From NCBI RefSeq assembly GCF_006345805.1, contig NC_043007.1, forward strand, positions 7,750,001 to 7,814,000: a stretch of DNA of 64,000 nt, in the 5' to 3' direction. This document shows, in pieces, positions 13,610-26,944 of this stretch. Both the position numbers and the translations under genes were made by a program. The notes below the pieces were generated by a model. The model was not told the origin of the DNA. It ran no database searches and saw only the letters and a program-made list of their open reading frames with translations. How positions within the stretch are numbered: position 1 is the first letter of the stretch; every line of letters begins with the position of its first letter. Origin of the DNA: Octopus sinensis. Taxonomy: Eukaryota.

Positions 13610-15160
13610 GTGAAATAAGTTGAAACTCTGTCACAAACGCTGATAGATTCCCAGCAACCCCCCTAAAGAAATGCAAAAGGGATCTAGCAATAGCACTACA
13701 GATTCACTTCCAGAGCTCCCACGCAACTGGGAGACTTCCCAAACTGAAACGTATAATATTGCTATCGATAAGGGAGGTAGCAGAGCAAATGCTAAACTTT
13801 GTAGACCTGTCTCTCTCAACTCCCATGTCAGCAAAGTCTTGGCACGCATTGTCGGGAGGAAACCGAGTTGGCTCCTCCAAGATAATGACTCGCTCCCTGA
13901 TGTCCAGCATGGTTTCCTCTCGGGAAGAAGCTGCCTCACACAGCTTTTGCTGTATTATGACTGAGTATTCAAATAACTAATAAATTGCTCAAACGTGGAT
14001 GTGATATATCTTGACTTTGGAAAGGCTTTTGATAAGGTCGATCATGGGATGATATGTCACAAGCTACGGAGACTCGGTATGGTCGAAAAGGTAGGGGAAG
14101 GGTTACATGACTTCTTAAAAGAAGCCAACGAAGCCCTCTCCAAGGAGACAGTGGTAGAGAGTAGTGTACCTCAAGGAACTTGTCTTGTGGTCGCTGCTGT
14201 TTATGGTGGCTCTCTCGGACATGCCGTCAGTTACGCAGACAGTCTCACTTACTGGCGACGCCGACGACACAAAAGTTATATAACAAGTCATGAAACCTTC
14301 CGATGTTAATCCTCTACAGAAAGGCCTAAACGTCATATATAAACGGGCTGAAGAAAACAACTTGCAATTTAATGCAAGCAAAATCCAAGCTCATCCGCTG
14401 TCATCTGCCGAGTGCTTACACGCCGCAACAGCAATACATTCGACTAAAATGAGGGGCAATTTCAGTGTCAAGTACAGTGCGTCATCTTGGAATTGATATG
14501 AGCAACGCCGCCGCGTTTCATGCACATATCACCAAGGTGGTGGCAACATGCAAGCAAATAGCCGGATGGATTCTAAAATCCTTCAGAACAATGGACCATT
14601 AAATAATGCTGGTTCGATGAAGGGCATTTGTTCCCAGTCATCTTGACTACTGCTCTCAACTATGATCATCCTACAGTGTCAAATTAATAACGGAACTTGA
14701 GGCCCGTTCAGTGGTGCTACACCAATGGGATTGCATCAATGGAACAGCTGTGTTTCTGGGAGAGACTGAAAGAGCTACGACTCTACTCCCTGCAACGAAG
14801 ACGGGAGGGGTATGCAGTGATACACGTACGGAAAATCCTGGAGGGGTTGGCACCAAATTACTGCACGATTCCAAAGCTATCCCGTCTAGAAAGAGGACCA
14901 TGTACTGTAGTAGCTTGGGATTCAAGGGCTTGCAGCTATTTAATTCCTTCCCAAAATATCTGAGGAGTCTTCATAGATTATGAGGGGATGTTGTAAATCT
15001 AGATCTCCTGTTGTCCATGGTCCCAAATGTATCTATATCGCGGCAAGAAACTCAAAAGAAAGCAGTAATGTCAAACTTCCTCCTTCACTAAAAGTCACCT
15101 CTGAAAAGGTGCTCCAGCATGGCACAGACTTTGAGCTAAAACATGTAAAAGAAATAAAAG
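13610..15160 (+). mobile_element. Degenerate CR1/L2-group LINE, RT region to 3' UTR
   Basis: RPVSLNSHVSKVLARIV, QHGFLSGRSCLTQLL, DVIYLDFGKAFDKVDHG, SVPQGT, LRLYSLQRRRE, GLQLFNSFPKYLR; many frameshifts. Confidence 0.9.
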
Positions 15161-15194
15161 AAAAAATATATATATATGTTTGTAAGTATATATA

Positions 15195-15311
<117 letters not shown>

Positions 15312-15315
15312 TATA

Positions 15316-15349
<34 letters not shown>

Positions 15350-15836
15350 CGCATGTATGTAAGCATATTTGCGTGCGTGAGTATATATGTATATGTTTCT
15401 GTGCATATTCTGCACCTGTACAGGACGCCGGCCCGCTACAGGATTACTCAGGTGAGTGGTCTTGAACCACGTGACATGAATTATTTTGCTGAAGGACGCA
15501 GCGCAGTGTCCAGTCCAGGCATCAAAAAGCCATGCGTTCATAGGTTCCAATTCTAATTTCTTAACAAGCCATCTCCTTTCATGTTCTGTGAAACGCAACT
15601 TCAGAAGATTTGGGCTGAGGTAGACAGATTAATAACAAGTGTAAATAGCTAAAGTTATATTTTGAGTAAGGAATCTTTAGATTTCTCATTAGTTTGTCAT
15701 CCGTGCCTTTTACCTTCCACATTATGGTAGCATGCGGCATAGCGGTGCGCTTTGGATGTTGCCTTTGACACACGTGGTTTCGAATTCTGCCTTACTGAGT
15801 GACACCTTTATAGATGGAAACTAAACGAAGCCCATC

Positions 15837-15875
<39 letters not shown>

Positions 15876-16210
15876 TATAATATATATATATACATATATA
15901 TATATTATTTATTCTCACAGATCAGTGGAAGGTTAATGCATATCTCAGAACGATACAGTGTGACAGATATCTAGCAAGACTGGATATTCGAATTACAAGT
16001 TCAATCCAGAGAGCAGGATGAGAAAAAAAAGAAGAAAAACAGGAGCTGAACTTAAAACTGATATTTTATCTACTGATAAAGAAATGATAAAGAGGCAAGT
16101 CGGCCTCAATGGGATTTGAAATCAGCGGGTAGGCAGTTCCAGCGAATACTAGGAAGCTTTCGATTCGACGCCCCTAATGATCCCTTCTGTTCGCTGTCTT
16201 CTCGCATATA

Positions 16211-17062
16211 CGCGATCTGATCAATAAGTATCCGAACTGGCGCCGTAATAACGAAACTAAAGCACGCAGAGTGAAGCTGCTTGGACGCTGCTGTGCATGC
16301 GCACTAAGTTTTGACGTTCTAGCTCACTTCCGGTGTTTACAGCAGTGCTTGGTGGGAAGGTGTGTAGCGTGTGATTGCTGCACTGACCATGACAGAGAAA
16401 GATGTCATGGCGATACCTGCTCAGAGGCCTGCGCAAATTGTAGAAAATATATGAAGAGGAGTGTATGAGCCTCACACAAGTGTACGAGTGGTTCAGATGT
16501 TTCCAAGATGCCCCCAAAAATGCCGATATTGACGAACGTTCTAGGAGATCCACAACCAGCAGAACTGAGAAAAACATCGCAGATGTACGTGCAGCTGTGA
16601 GGGGGAAATCGTCGAATCACCATCCGTGAGTTATCAGAGGATGTGTAGTTCGGTTACCGTTCAGTTCTGTCCATTATCACAGAAGATTTAGGTATGAGAC
16701 GCGTGTCTGCTAAGTTTGTGTCAAAACTGCTTTCATCTGACCAAAATGGAATTCGGGTTTCAGTCGCACAAGAACTTGATTCTATCGAGAACGATGAAGA
16801 CTCTTTTGAAAACTTTGCGTAGGCCTCTGAGCAGGTATCACCAAGCTTTTAGCAAAGTTTGATGCAGATTGTCTGCTTAACATTCTCTGTTAATGCGACG
16901 ATCACACGCTACACACCTTCCTTACAAGCACTGCTGTAAACAGCGGAAGTGAGCCAAACCATTAAAACTTAGTATACAATGTACAGCAGAGTTCAAGGTC
17001 ATTCTGTGCCAACCGGCTTCGTTGCTATGGCAACAGTGCGAATACTTATTGATCAGACCATG
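16211..17062. mobile_element. Non-autonomous mariner derivative (fold-back, two inverted 5' ends)
   Basis: TIR ..tctgatcaataagtat / atacttattgatcagacc, flanked by TA. Internal HTH fragments (VYEWFRCF, LGMRRVSAKFV) on + and the transposase N-terminus on -. Second copy at 61580-62376. Confidence 0.85.
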
Positions 17063-17086
17063 TACATATATGTGAGTGTGTGTGAG

Positions 17087-17118
<32 letters not shown>

Positions 17119-17344
17119 CAGAGAGAGAAGGAAGAGAAGAGACAGAGAGGGAGAGAGAGAGAGCGATTCCATACAACTGATTATTGGTACCGCTTTGGCT
17201 GAGTGGAATTATAAAACAAGCAAAAATATATATTTGGATAACATTATGTAACAAAGGGAAACTAAGCGGAGATGAACAGTAAAGATTAACCTTTCCAAGC
17301 TGTACACATACGCACACATGTACTTATGTACGTATGTATGTGTG

Positions 17345-17396
<52 letters not shown>

Positions 17397-17542
17397 TTGC
17401 ACGTGTAGCCGTAGGAGAAAAACGATTATTGGAGAAGCAGTGAATTTTAAGTAGAAATAATCTACTTATCTGTTCCGCATCTCTGTGCACTTATAATGAC
17501 TTTGAGGAGAGCACAGACACTACAGCTCTTATACGTACATGC

Positions 17543-17603
<61 letters not shown>

Positions 17604-18394
17604 GTATGTATGTATGTATTATGTATGTATGTATGTATGTAGCTATATTTGACGATGGTCATATTTTGTTTTTGCTTTTTCTTTTGCCAATTAACCTCAG
17701 GAACTAAACACTCGTCCTTCGTTCAGCTTTATTACTATTCTTATTTTAGAGTTGTTTTGTCTGAAAGCTTTCGTGACTTCTTCAGTGACTCCCCAGCCCT
17801 CAGTTGAAGTGTCTCCTCCAATTCTGTTTAGGCCAATCTCTCTTTCTGTTGTGTGTACCCTGATCTGAGCATACATTCGTATCTGTATCTGTGTGTTTGT
17901 GTACGATTGTGTGTGTGTGTATTTTTTGCAGAGTAATTACATATCAAAACGGGAGGTGGGAAAATGTTTTTGATATTATTTTTTATCATTGCACGCGTTT
18001 CATTTGTTAAGAGGGGAAACAAAAATAGTACATGTAAGAGAAACTTTTAAGACATCACCGATCAGAATTTCTTGAGACAGAAAAGTCAAATAATATTTGA
18101 TTCTCTGTCTGAAGAATTTGCAATAGATGTCATACATGTTTCTCCTACATGTAGAATTTTGTACTCTTATTAGCAAATGAACCATGTAATATTGAATAAA
18201 TGATACCAAAAATTTTCCAATTTCTTGTTTTGATAGATAGATAGATATACATACATAATATATATATATATATACATACATAATATATATATAAATACAT
18301 AATATATATATACATACATAATATATATATAAATACATAATATATATATATTATACATATATACATAATATACATATACATATATATATATATA

Positions 18395-18514
<120 letters not shown>

Positions 18515-18526
18515 ATATAATATATA

Positions 18527-18568
<42 letters not shown>

Positions 18569-19744
18569 ATATATATATATATATATAGATATATATATAT
18601 ATACATAATATAAATATTTATAGTATCAGTAAGCGGTAATTACGATGCAACGATGAATAAATTTCTTGAGAATCGAAAATTTGTTTGGTTATAAAAATTA
18701 AGAAATATGATAAGAAATACGAAACGCAAATTGTACTTGATGCCATTTCCATTTCTTACAAATTAACTTTTCTGCAAATTTTGTAACGATTAAGGATTTG
18801 GAGTTTGATCCGAGAGAAATCTTATTTATGTCTCCGTGATAATAATTGTAGTATCAACACTTCTCTTTCTTATTGGAACAATTATTAATCCCTATGTGAT
18901 GAGATTAATCAGAGCGAAATTTATTTCAATACATCACTCGATCCCAGTTGGGGAAGCTTTCTTCAAATACTGAAATTTAACGCATTCACTCGATTGTTTT
19001 GATCCCAATGTCTTCCGCAATATCAATATGCTTACGCTGCTATCTTATGAACTGTAAAAATTAATACAGAGAGTTGCTTATTTGTAAAAGAAAAATATAT
19101 AACATGTGACTTCATTGACCGAGGTTACCGTGGTCTTTTCCGTAGGCTTTTCTTTCCACGGGTAAACCTCACCTGTCCTCCCCTTTACACTTTATATTGA
19201 CATTTCTGTGATAACGATCCCTATTGATCGATTTTTTTCTTTTCCTTTTATTCCCCCCCCCCTTTTTTTTCTTATCCCTCTGTCTTTCCTTTTACGATCC
19301 CTTTTGATCGAAAACCAAACCCCCTTTTTATCTCCCAAAGAAAAGCTCTACCTTGTAATTTGTCCTGTCTGTGTGCAGCCCTGTGTGGCTAATAAAGAAA
19401 CATATCTAACAAGATTCCACTGCTAAGGCTTTCATAACCCTAGCGTGCTCTTGTGACAGCATTGGCCTTCATATTGATCTTAGTTAAAGCTATTCTTCTT
19501 TATTCTTGTGTTCTTTCAATTCAAAGACATCACGGAATCCTTTGTTTTACGTGTGCGGCCAATATACACCGAATGCTCTTATAGTAAATTGGATTCATTA
19601 CCATTCCATTATTTCAAAACTGGCTGTTCTGCTGTTCTTGCTAACTTTATTTCATTCTACCATTAACGGTAATGGAATGACTGAATTATTCAAAATCTTG
19701 TTAACACGAGTTTCATACAGCAGAATCGGTGCGTCGATGGAAGA

Positions 19745-19844
19745 NNNNNNNNNNNNNNNNNNNNNNNNNNNNNNNNNNNNNNNNNNNNNNNNNNNNNNNN
19801 NNNNNNNNNNNNNNNNNNNNNNNNNNNNNNNNNNNNNNNNNNNN
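19745..19844. other. Assembly gap (100 N)
   Basis: Run of N. Confidence 1.
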
Positions 19845-20152
19845 AGAGACAAACCACTATTATGCAATTCAAACAAAAAAGACTTAATCCAATACATAAA
19901 ATAATTTATATAAATTAGAATTTAACATATGAATACCACTACGATCGTTTCGTGTCAGCACATCTTAGACATTCTTCAGGTGGTTTCAAAACCTTCTTAG
20001 CGGGTTTTGAAACCACCTAAAGAATGTCTAAGATGCACTGACAGGAAACGATCGTAGTGGTTATTCATATGTTAAATTCTAATTTATATAAATCATTTTA
20101 TGTATTGGATAAGTCTTTCTTTGTTTGATAGCATATATTGGTTTTGTCTCTA
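19845..20152. repeat. ~150-bp-arm palindrome carrying two divergent hammerhead motifs (PLE-type inverted terminal repeat)
   Basis: Arms are reverse complements around ~19998; the right arm continues into (TA)n at ~20245. Confidence 0.9.
19935..19984 (-). ncRNA. Minimal type-I hammerhead ribozyme
   Basis: ACCAC-CUGAAGA-A-UGUC..GACA-C-GAAAC-GAUC-GUA-GUGGU: perfect 5-bp stem I and palindromic stem III (ACGAUCGU). The mirror copy at 20012-20061 (+) has the core mutation CUAAAGA. Confidence 0.8.
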
Positions 20153-21031
20153 ATTTGATATAATATAATATTTTACTATAAAATGGATTCAATCTTAAAT
20201 CTGATTTTTCCTTGTAAATTTGGATTTATTCCCTAATATTTATTATATATATATATTATATATTATATATATATATATTATATATATATGTAGATATATA
20301 GTATGTATATATTATTATATTAATATATATATATATATAATATGTATGTATATATATATTCGTGTGCGTGAAATGTATGTATGTGCAACTGGATTACATG
20401 TAAGTCATTGTTCAGTTTTATTTCAAGTTTCTTGCCAAAAGAGAAGGAGTCGGTTTCTAACCAAGATCCTTCATTGGAATTTCAACATCACCATGAAGGT
20501 ATTCTTGTTTGTATGTATGCATATGTGCAGATGTATGTATGTATGTATGTATGTATGTATGTATGTATGTATGTATGTATGTATGTATGTATGTATGTAT
20601 GTATGTATGTACGTACGTATGTATGTATGTATGTATGTATATATGTATGTATGTATGTATGTATTTATGTATGTATGTATGTATGTATGTATGTATGTAT
20701 GTAGGTATGTATGTATGTATGTATGTATTTATGTATGTATGTTGTACCGCATCCGCATAAACATTTGTACGATTTTACCAATGAAATAGAATTACACATT
20801 ATTTCAGAATTGTACGATATTATTATTCGAAAAGCCATTATCAAATATGACAAAATTGTGTTGTTAATTTCTAAGGCGGTTCCCAAATCTGGTGTCAAGA
20901 GAGAATGCGTATCGAATGCATTGGATCGAATTGAATGTCATTTTGAAGCTCCATTGCGTTTTAGAGTTAAATAATTCCTTTTGTAGGAGACGAACACCAT
21001 GTTTATTCCGGTGCGTACAGTTACTACATAA

Positions 21032-21399
21032 TGGCCCTCCGTCGGTTGTGACGACGAGAGTCCCAGTTGATCTACTCAACAGAACAGCCTGCTCATGAAA
21101 TTAACGTGCAAGTGGCTGAGCACTCCACAGACATGTGTACTCTTAATATAGTTTTCGGGGAGATTTGGCGTGACGCAGAGTGTAACAAGGCTGGCCCTTT
21201 GAAATACAGGTACAACAGAAACAGGAAGAAAGAGGGAGAGAAAGTTGTGGTGGACGAGTACAGCAGGGTTCACTACCGACCCCTGCCGGAGCCTCGTGGA
21301 GCTTTGGATGTTTTTGCTCAGTAAACACTCACAACGCCCGGTCATCTCTCCTACAATCGCGAGTTCGCTGCCCTAACCACTGTACCATTGCGCCTCCAC
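21032..21399 (-). mobile_element. tRNA-derived SINE, family A
   Basis: Reverse complement of 1365-1750. Confidence 0.85.
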
Positions 21400-22511
21400 G
21401 TACTGCAAAGTGAATATTGGATAATATGAGATTCATATTATTTTTATTCTGCTTATAATTGGTAAAGATTGTCTGAAATTAGATGCAAATCAATAAGAGA
21501 ATACTAAACTTTTTACATCCAACGGTACAAATCTTACAACAAGAGACTTCTCGTAAGGCTATAAGGTGCACCACTTGTAATATATGAATATGAGTTATTT
21601 TCCTTCAGCAGAGGACGAAGAGACGAAAATGTAAAAACCAAAACTATTTAAGGGGAAAATAAGGAAAAAGAAAAGAATAGGTGAGAGAAATATAATGAAA
21701 AGTGGGGGAAAGAATGAAAAGAAATACATTTGAAATGAATAAAAGTAAAGAATATTAATTAATAAAATTGGGAAATAAACGAAAATGAAGGCGAGAGTTT
21801 AAAATATAACAAGGAGAGAATGAGAAAGAGAAGGAAGTGCATCCGCTCTGTTTTAAAGAGTGTTTTGGCTCACATCTTTTACTTTGATTCTTATATAGTT
21901 GAAATCTTTTATGGATTCTTCATTTATATTTGAAATCAGTAGAATGTTCTTCAAAGTACAACATGTAATTGGACAATTGCATTTCGAGACATTCCGTTTT
22001 TTAAAGGTCAAAGGGAAGTAAGTGATTAAAGCATCATGGCTTTAATTTATTTACTGTCATACTTATGTAGTGTTTGGTTTCGCGCAGTTCAGCTCCACTT
22101 CATATATAATTGCTTCTACATTACGCAAAGAATTTAATTGGCATGCGTCAGGTTTTTTTGTATATATGTTTCGATTCGGACGAAGATACTCCAATGCATG
22201 TCCACTTAATCCGTCATTGTAGATTTGATCGATAGAATTAGTGCAACTATAATTCGTTTTTTAATAATCTCGTAAAAGATATTTTCTCTGAAGTTAGACA
22301 CGAAATGTTTATCAACAAAATCTGGAAAACTACTGGAAATTAACAACAAAATGTTAGATTATAATATAGGTGTGCGTGTGTGTGTGTGTGTGTGTGTGTA
22401 CATAGATATGTATATAAATGTGTGTGTAATTATATATATATAATATACACACAGATATATCTCTATATATCTGTGTAAGCATAAGAGAAGCAATGTTTAT
22501 ATTATATATCA

Positions 22512-22908
22512 CTTTTACTCTTTTACTTGTTTCAGTCATTTGACTGCTGCCATGCTGGAGCACCGCCTTTAGACGAGCAAATTGACCCATTGTAAGCCTA
22601 GTACTTATTCTATCGGCTTTTTTGACGAATCACTAAGTTACGGGGACGTAAAGACACCATCATCAGTTGTCAAGCGATGTTGTGGGGACAAACACAGACA
22701 CACAAACATATACATACACATACATACATATATATATATATATACGACGGGCTTCTTTCAGTTTCTGTCTACCAAATCCACTCACAAGGTTTTGGTCGGC
22801 CCAAGGCTATAGTAGAAGACACTTGCCCAAGGTGCCACGCAAGGGGATTGAACCCGGAACCATGTGGTTGGTAAGCATGCTACTTACCACACAGCCACTC
22901 CTGCGCCT
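22512..22908 (-). mobile_element. SINE family C (abundant octopus-type SINE with an internal microsatellite)
   Basis: Head ggcgcaggagtggctgtgtggtaag..gggttcaatccc; tail ggcggtgctccagcatggc..aaatgactgaaacaagtaaaaga; many copies in the window. Confidence 0.85.
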
Positions 22909-22924
22909 ATAAAAAATAATCTTT

Positions 22925-23107
22925 TCCACTCTAGGTACAAGGCCTGAATTTGGGGGTGGGGGAACGGGCCGGTCGATTATATCGACCTCAGTACTCATCT
23001 GTTATTTAAATTATCGACTCCAAAAGGATTGAATGGCAATGTCGACCTCGGCGGAATTTGAGCTCAAAACATAAGGACAGACGAAATACTACTTAGTATT
23101 TTGCCCG
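22925..23107 (-). mobile_element. SINE family B
   Basis: gtcgacctcggcggaatttga core shared with 2205-2625. Confidence 0.75.
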
Positions 23108-23122
23108 AAGAAATATATCTAT

Positions 23123-23545
23123 AGGCACCGGAGCGGCTGTATGGTAAGAAGCTTGCTTACCAACCACATAGTTCAGGGTTCAGTCCCACTGCGTGGCACC
23201 TTGGCCAAGTGTCTTCTACTATAGCCTCGTGCCGACCAAAGCCTTGTGAGTGCATTTCGTAGAGGGAAACTGAAAGAAGCCCGTTATATACATATGTGTG
23301 TGTGTTAGTGTCTGTGTGTTTGTGTGCGTGTGTGTGTGTGTGTGTGTATGTTTGTGTGTGTATGTTTTTGTGTCTGTGTTTGTCCCCCCACCATCGCTTG
23401 ACAACCGATGTTGGTGTGTTTACGTCCTAGCGGTTCGGCAAATGGAGACCGATAGAATAAGTACTAGGCTTACAGAGAATAAGACCTGGTATCGATTTTC
23501 TCCTCTAAAGGTGGTACTCCAGCATGAAACAAATAAAAGAATAAA
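23123..23545 (+). mobile_element. SINE family C
   Basis: Full head-to-tail match to 22512-22908 in the opposite orientation. Confidence 0.85.
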
Positions 23546-24731
23546 AGAATATATATATTCTTTTATTCTTTTATTCTTTTGCTAGTTCCAGATTCTAAAT
23601 TTTCAGCAAATGCTCGAATATAGACAAATTTCTTTCAGTGAACTGGACGACACCACCCTCTCCGGATTTAGCAACTCTCTCAGACTTTTGACTCCTCTTC
23701 ATTGAATCATGCGACAACTAGTTTCATTATGGCTATTATAGTCAAAGGGGTGGCGGGGTGAAACTAATTTTCTTTCTTTTCTTTTCTTTTTCCATCTTTA
23801 TTCAACCTGACACATTTTACGTGAATCTTATTTTGTTTTTTGTTTCTTTTAGTGAATTGTCATGTACCAGTGTCCTGATTTTCAAATAGCACAGACTCTG
23901 TGCTCTGAGCCCGAGGGTTGCTTGGAATCAATATTTATAATATACATAACAAACAATAAGGGTAATGTGTGTAGAGTGTATTTCCTTCATTTACAACCTG
24001 ACATTTCGTTTACATCATCAACTCAACAGTTTAACAATTTAGAAAAATCTTCATAACTTTTTTTTTATCAATATTACCTTTAGAAGGGTTTTAGAAGTGG
24101 ATATCATGACAATTAGATTATGTAAACTACGATGAATTAGATTAAAGCTTTGAAGCCTTATAATCTCAACTGTAAAAAACAACGATTACAAGTTGGTACA
24201 GGAACCAGCTAGTAAAAAATGTACGATTTGTTTTCTTTTCTGGTAATACTTTAATGCTTTGATGAGACGAGTACATTCTTACTAGTGGCTTTTAGCGATA
24301 CAATACACAGAACATAGCAGGACTTTGATTCTAGGGACTTGGAAAAGTGAATTAAAAGTTCGTATCACTTTTGTATTTACACATACGTTTAATTGAAATA
24401 TGATCCTATAAGTTTTATTCAATTCTACATATTTTAAATATTTTTGGGATCAATTATTGAATAATTAAAGATGCCGAAAATAAGTATGTGTTATTCAAGT
24501 GACCTGAAGGAATTGAAGGAGACTTTGTGTTGTGGTGTGTTTGTGTATGTGTGTGTGTGCGTGAGCGTGTGCACGTGTGTGTGTGTGTGTGTGTGTGTAC
24601 ATGCATTTATGTGTGTCGTGCGTGTGTGCGCGTGTACGCGTGTGTGCATGCATGGGCGTGTATGCGTGTTCGCGTATGTGTGGGTGCATGCATGTGTATG
24701 TGTGCGTGTGCGCGTGTGTGTGCGTGTGTGC

Positions 24732-24763
<32 letters not shown>

Positions 24764-25040
24764 GTGTTTCTCATCCATCACATCCTTTTTTCCGTTTGCA
24801 TGAAAGACAAACAAGTGTGACAGCCGTTTGGCATTGAACATCTAAGCCAGCCAATCGGCTTTCGCTATTTCTCCGTAATCCATGCGAAAGTCTGAAACTT
24901 TACCAGATCTAACTTTCTAGCTGATCAAATCCACATTAGCTTTGAAACTGTGTTTCTCACCAAACTCTTCCAACTCAATAATGCTCTTTATTTACATTAT
25001 TTACATTTGACATATATTTGTCCTCATCCTGTTTGTTGTT

Positions 25041-25086
25041 AACCCAATGTTTCGGCTGATATACCCTCCAGCCTTCATCAGGTGTC
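25041..25086 (-). ncRNA. Hammerhead motif (mutated stem III/I)
   Basis: GACAC-CUGAUGA-A-GGCUG..CAGCC-GAAAC-AUU-GGGUU. Confidence 0.65.
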
Positions 25087-25140
25087 TTGGGGAAATTTCG
25101 AACCTGGGTTCTCATTTCTAAGGTATTTTCGATGTTGTTG

Positions 25141-25199
<59 letters not shown>

Positions 25200-25203
<4 letters not shown>

Positions 25204-25280
25204 TCACTGCCTGGAATCGAACTCGGAACTTTGGGGTTAGTAGACCGCGCTCTTAACCACTACGCCATATGCCCGTGGGC
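25200..25280 (-). promoter_or_regulatory. tRNA-like Pol III head (A and B boxes)
   Basis: A box TGGCGTAGTGG (25267-25257), B box GAGTTCGATTCC (25224-25213); acceptor stem not intact, so not a functional tRNA. Confidence 0.75.
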
Positions 25281-25342
<62 letters not shown>

Positions 25343-25374
25343 AATAATAATGATAATAATAATAAGAAGAAGAA

Positions 25375-25405
<31 letters not shown>

Positions 25406-25466
25406 AAGAAGAAGAAGAGATCGAAAATACCTTAGAAATGAGAACCCAGGTTCGAAATTTCTCCAA

Positions 25467-25512
25467 GACACCTGAAGAAGGCTGGAGGGTATATCAGCCG
25501 AAACGTTGTGTT
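25467..25512 (+). ncRNA. Minimal type-I hammerhead ribozyme (Penelope-type, loopless palindromic stem III)
   Basis: GACAC-CUGAAGA-A-GGCUG-gagggtatat-CAGCC-GAAACGUU-GUGUU; stem I GACAC/GUGUU; predicted cleavage after 25507. Confidence 0.8.
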
Positions 25513-26320
25513 AACAACAAACAAGATGAGGACAAGATGGTAAATAATGTAAATAATGTACATAATTCCTCATCTCTTAAATATAGAACTGTCAATAATG
25601 CTCTGTTGTTATAGTTTTGTGATACAAAACAAAAAATCAGAGAATCCAGGGGCAGTGGCTCGGAAACGAAATTTGCTTAGGGAGTTCAAACCCAAGTCTA
25701 AAATTTAAAATATAATTTTCTTCTTTGTTCTAACTTGAAGCTATTTTTCACTTTTTACACATTGTTTTGTAAAGCTGAGAAAAGTAAATAGGCAGCAAAT
25801 TTCGAGTTTGCACACAACAAAACTTTTAAGGGATGCGTCTGTATCCCCTGCACCCCTTGTTCCCGGGCCGGTCAATCAGCTGGAACAGTCTATAGTTTTG
25901 CAAGGAGTTCTTCTTTACTTTTTTCCTTTATTTATTTATTGACTTATTTATTAGTTTGACTGAAAAATGAACTCCGGTGTCAATGGTAAAAGTCTGAAAT
26001 GTTCAGCGGTTAGGGCTTGCGGTTATGGTTTCTGTGGTTTTCCGGCCCTCACCACCATAGAACGCAACGGGTCCAATACAACTTTTAGACACTGACAAAA
26101 CAAACTCCATATTAAAGTTCAAGTTTATTCGGAATGAAAGTGGCACCCACCACGGAATAAGGAAATGGATTCACCTGACAGAAGCATTTCATAGGTTGGG
26201 ATACATATGTGTGTGTGTCTGTGTGCGTGCGCACATGCCCCCCCCCCCACACACACACAGACACACACATACACACATATATATATAAAAGAGAGAGATA
26301 TGTTATATTAAATCTCTGAG

Positions 26321-26376
<56 letters not shown>

Positions 26377-26569
26377 TACACACACACACATATGTATATA
26401 TACATATATATAAATATATATATATATAAATTAGTGGTGTGGCTATAAAGGAATTATAAATGCTAAGATTCATTAAAAACATTTTTTTAACAAACACAGA
26501 TTGGATCATATGGTTCACGTGATAAGAAAAAACAATATGCATTTGACTAAATATAAGAAACTATAATTG

Positions 26570-26611
<42 letters not shown>

Positions 26612-26804
26612 GCTCTCCATAAATCGTACTCACCGCTCTCAATCACTATTCCTGCTCTTCTTTTTGCTTCCACCAATTAAGCCGCCATCACTAATATTTC
26701 ACATTCAACCTCATTAAATTCGACAAATTATTTTTACCTTTCAATCTACAGACTACGAGATGCTTGCTTTGAGCATTGCTAGTTATTTATCCCATATTTA
26801 GAAA

Positions 26805-26858
<54 letters not shown>

Positions 26859-26944
26859 CATACGGAAAATCTTATTACTCCGATAAAGAGTAAATTTATG
26901 ACTGCTTTTACATTAAAGCGATGTTTCGAAAGCGACCACGAGCC

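Larger units (their letters stand above)
24988..25591. mobile_element. Composite tRNA-headed, hammerhead-bearing SINE-like element with an inverted partial copy
   Basis: 13-bp TSD tcaataatgctct at 24975-24987 and 25592-25604. Minus arm: tRNA-like head 25280-25200, (AAT)n, body, HHR. Plus arm: (AAT/AAG)n, body, HHR, tail. Confidence 0.85.

Noticed and set aside
19085-19405. Possible LINE 3' UTR ending in aataaagaaa
   Set aside because: Single copy in the window with no linked coding remnant; cannot be supported
25200-25280. Functional tRNA gene
   Set aside because: Acceptor and anticodon stems do not pair properly; embedded in a repeated mobile unit
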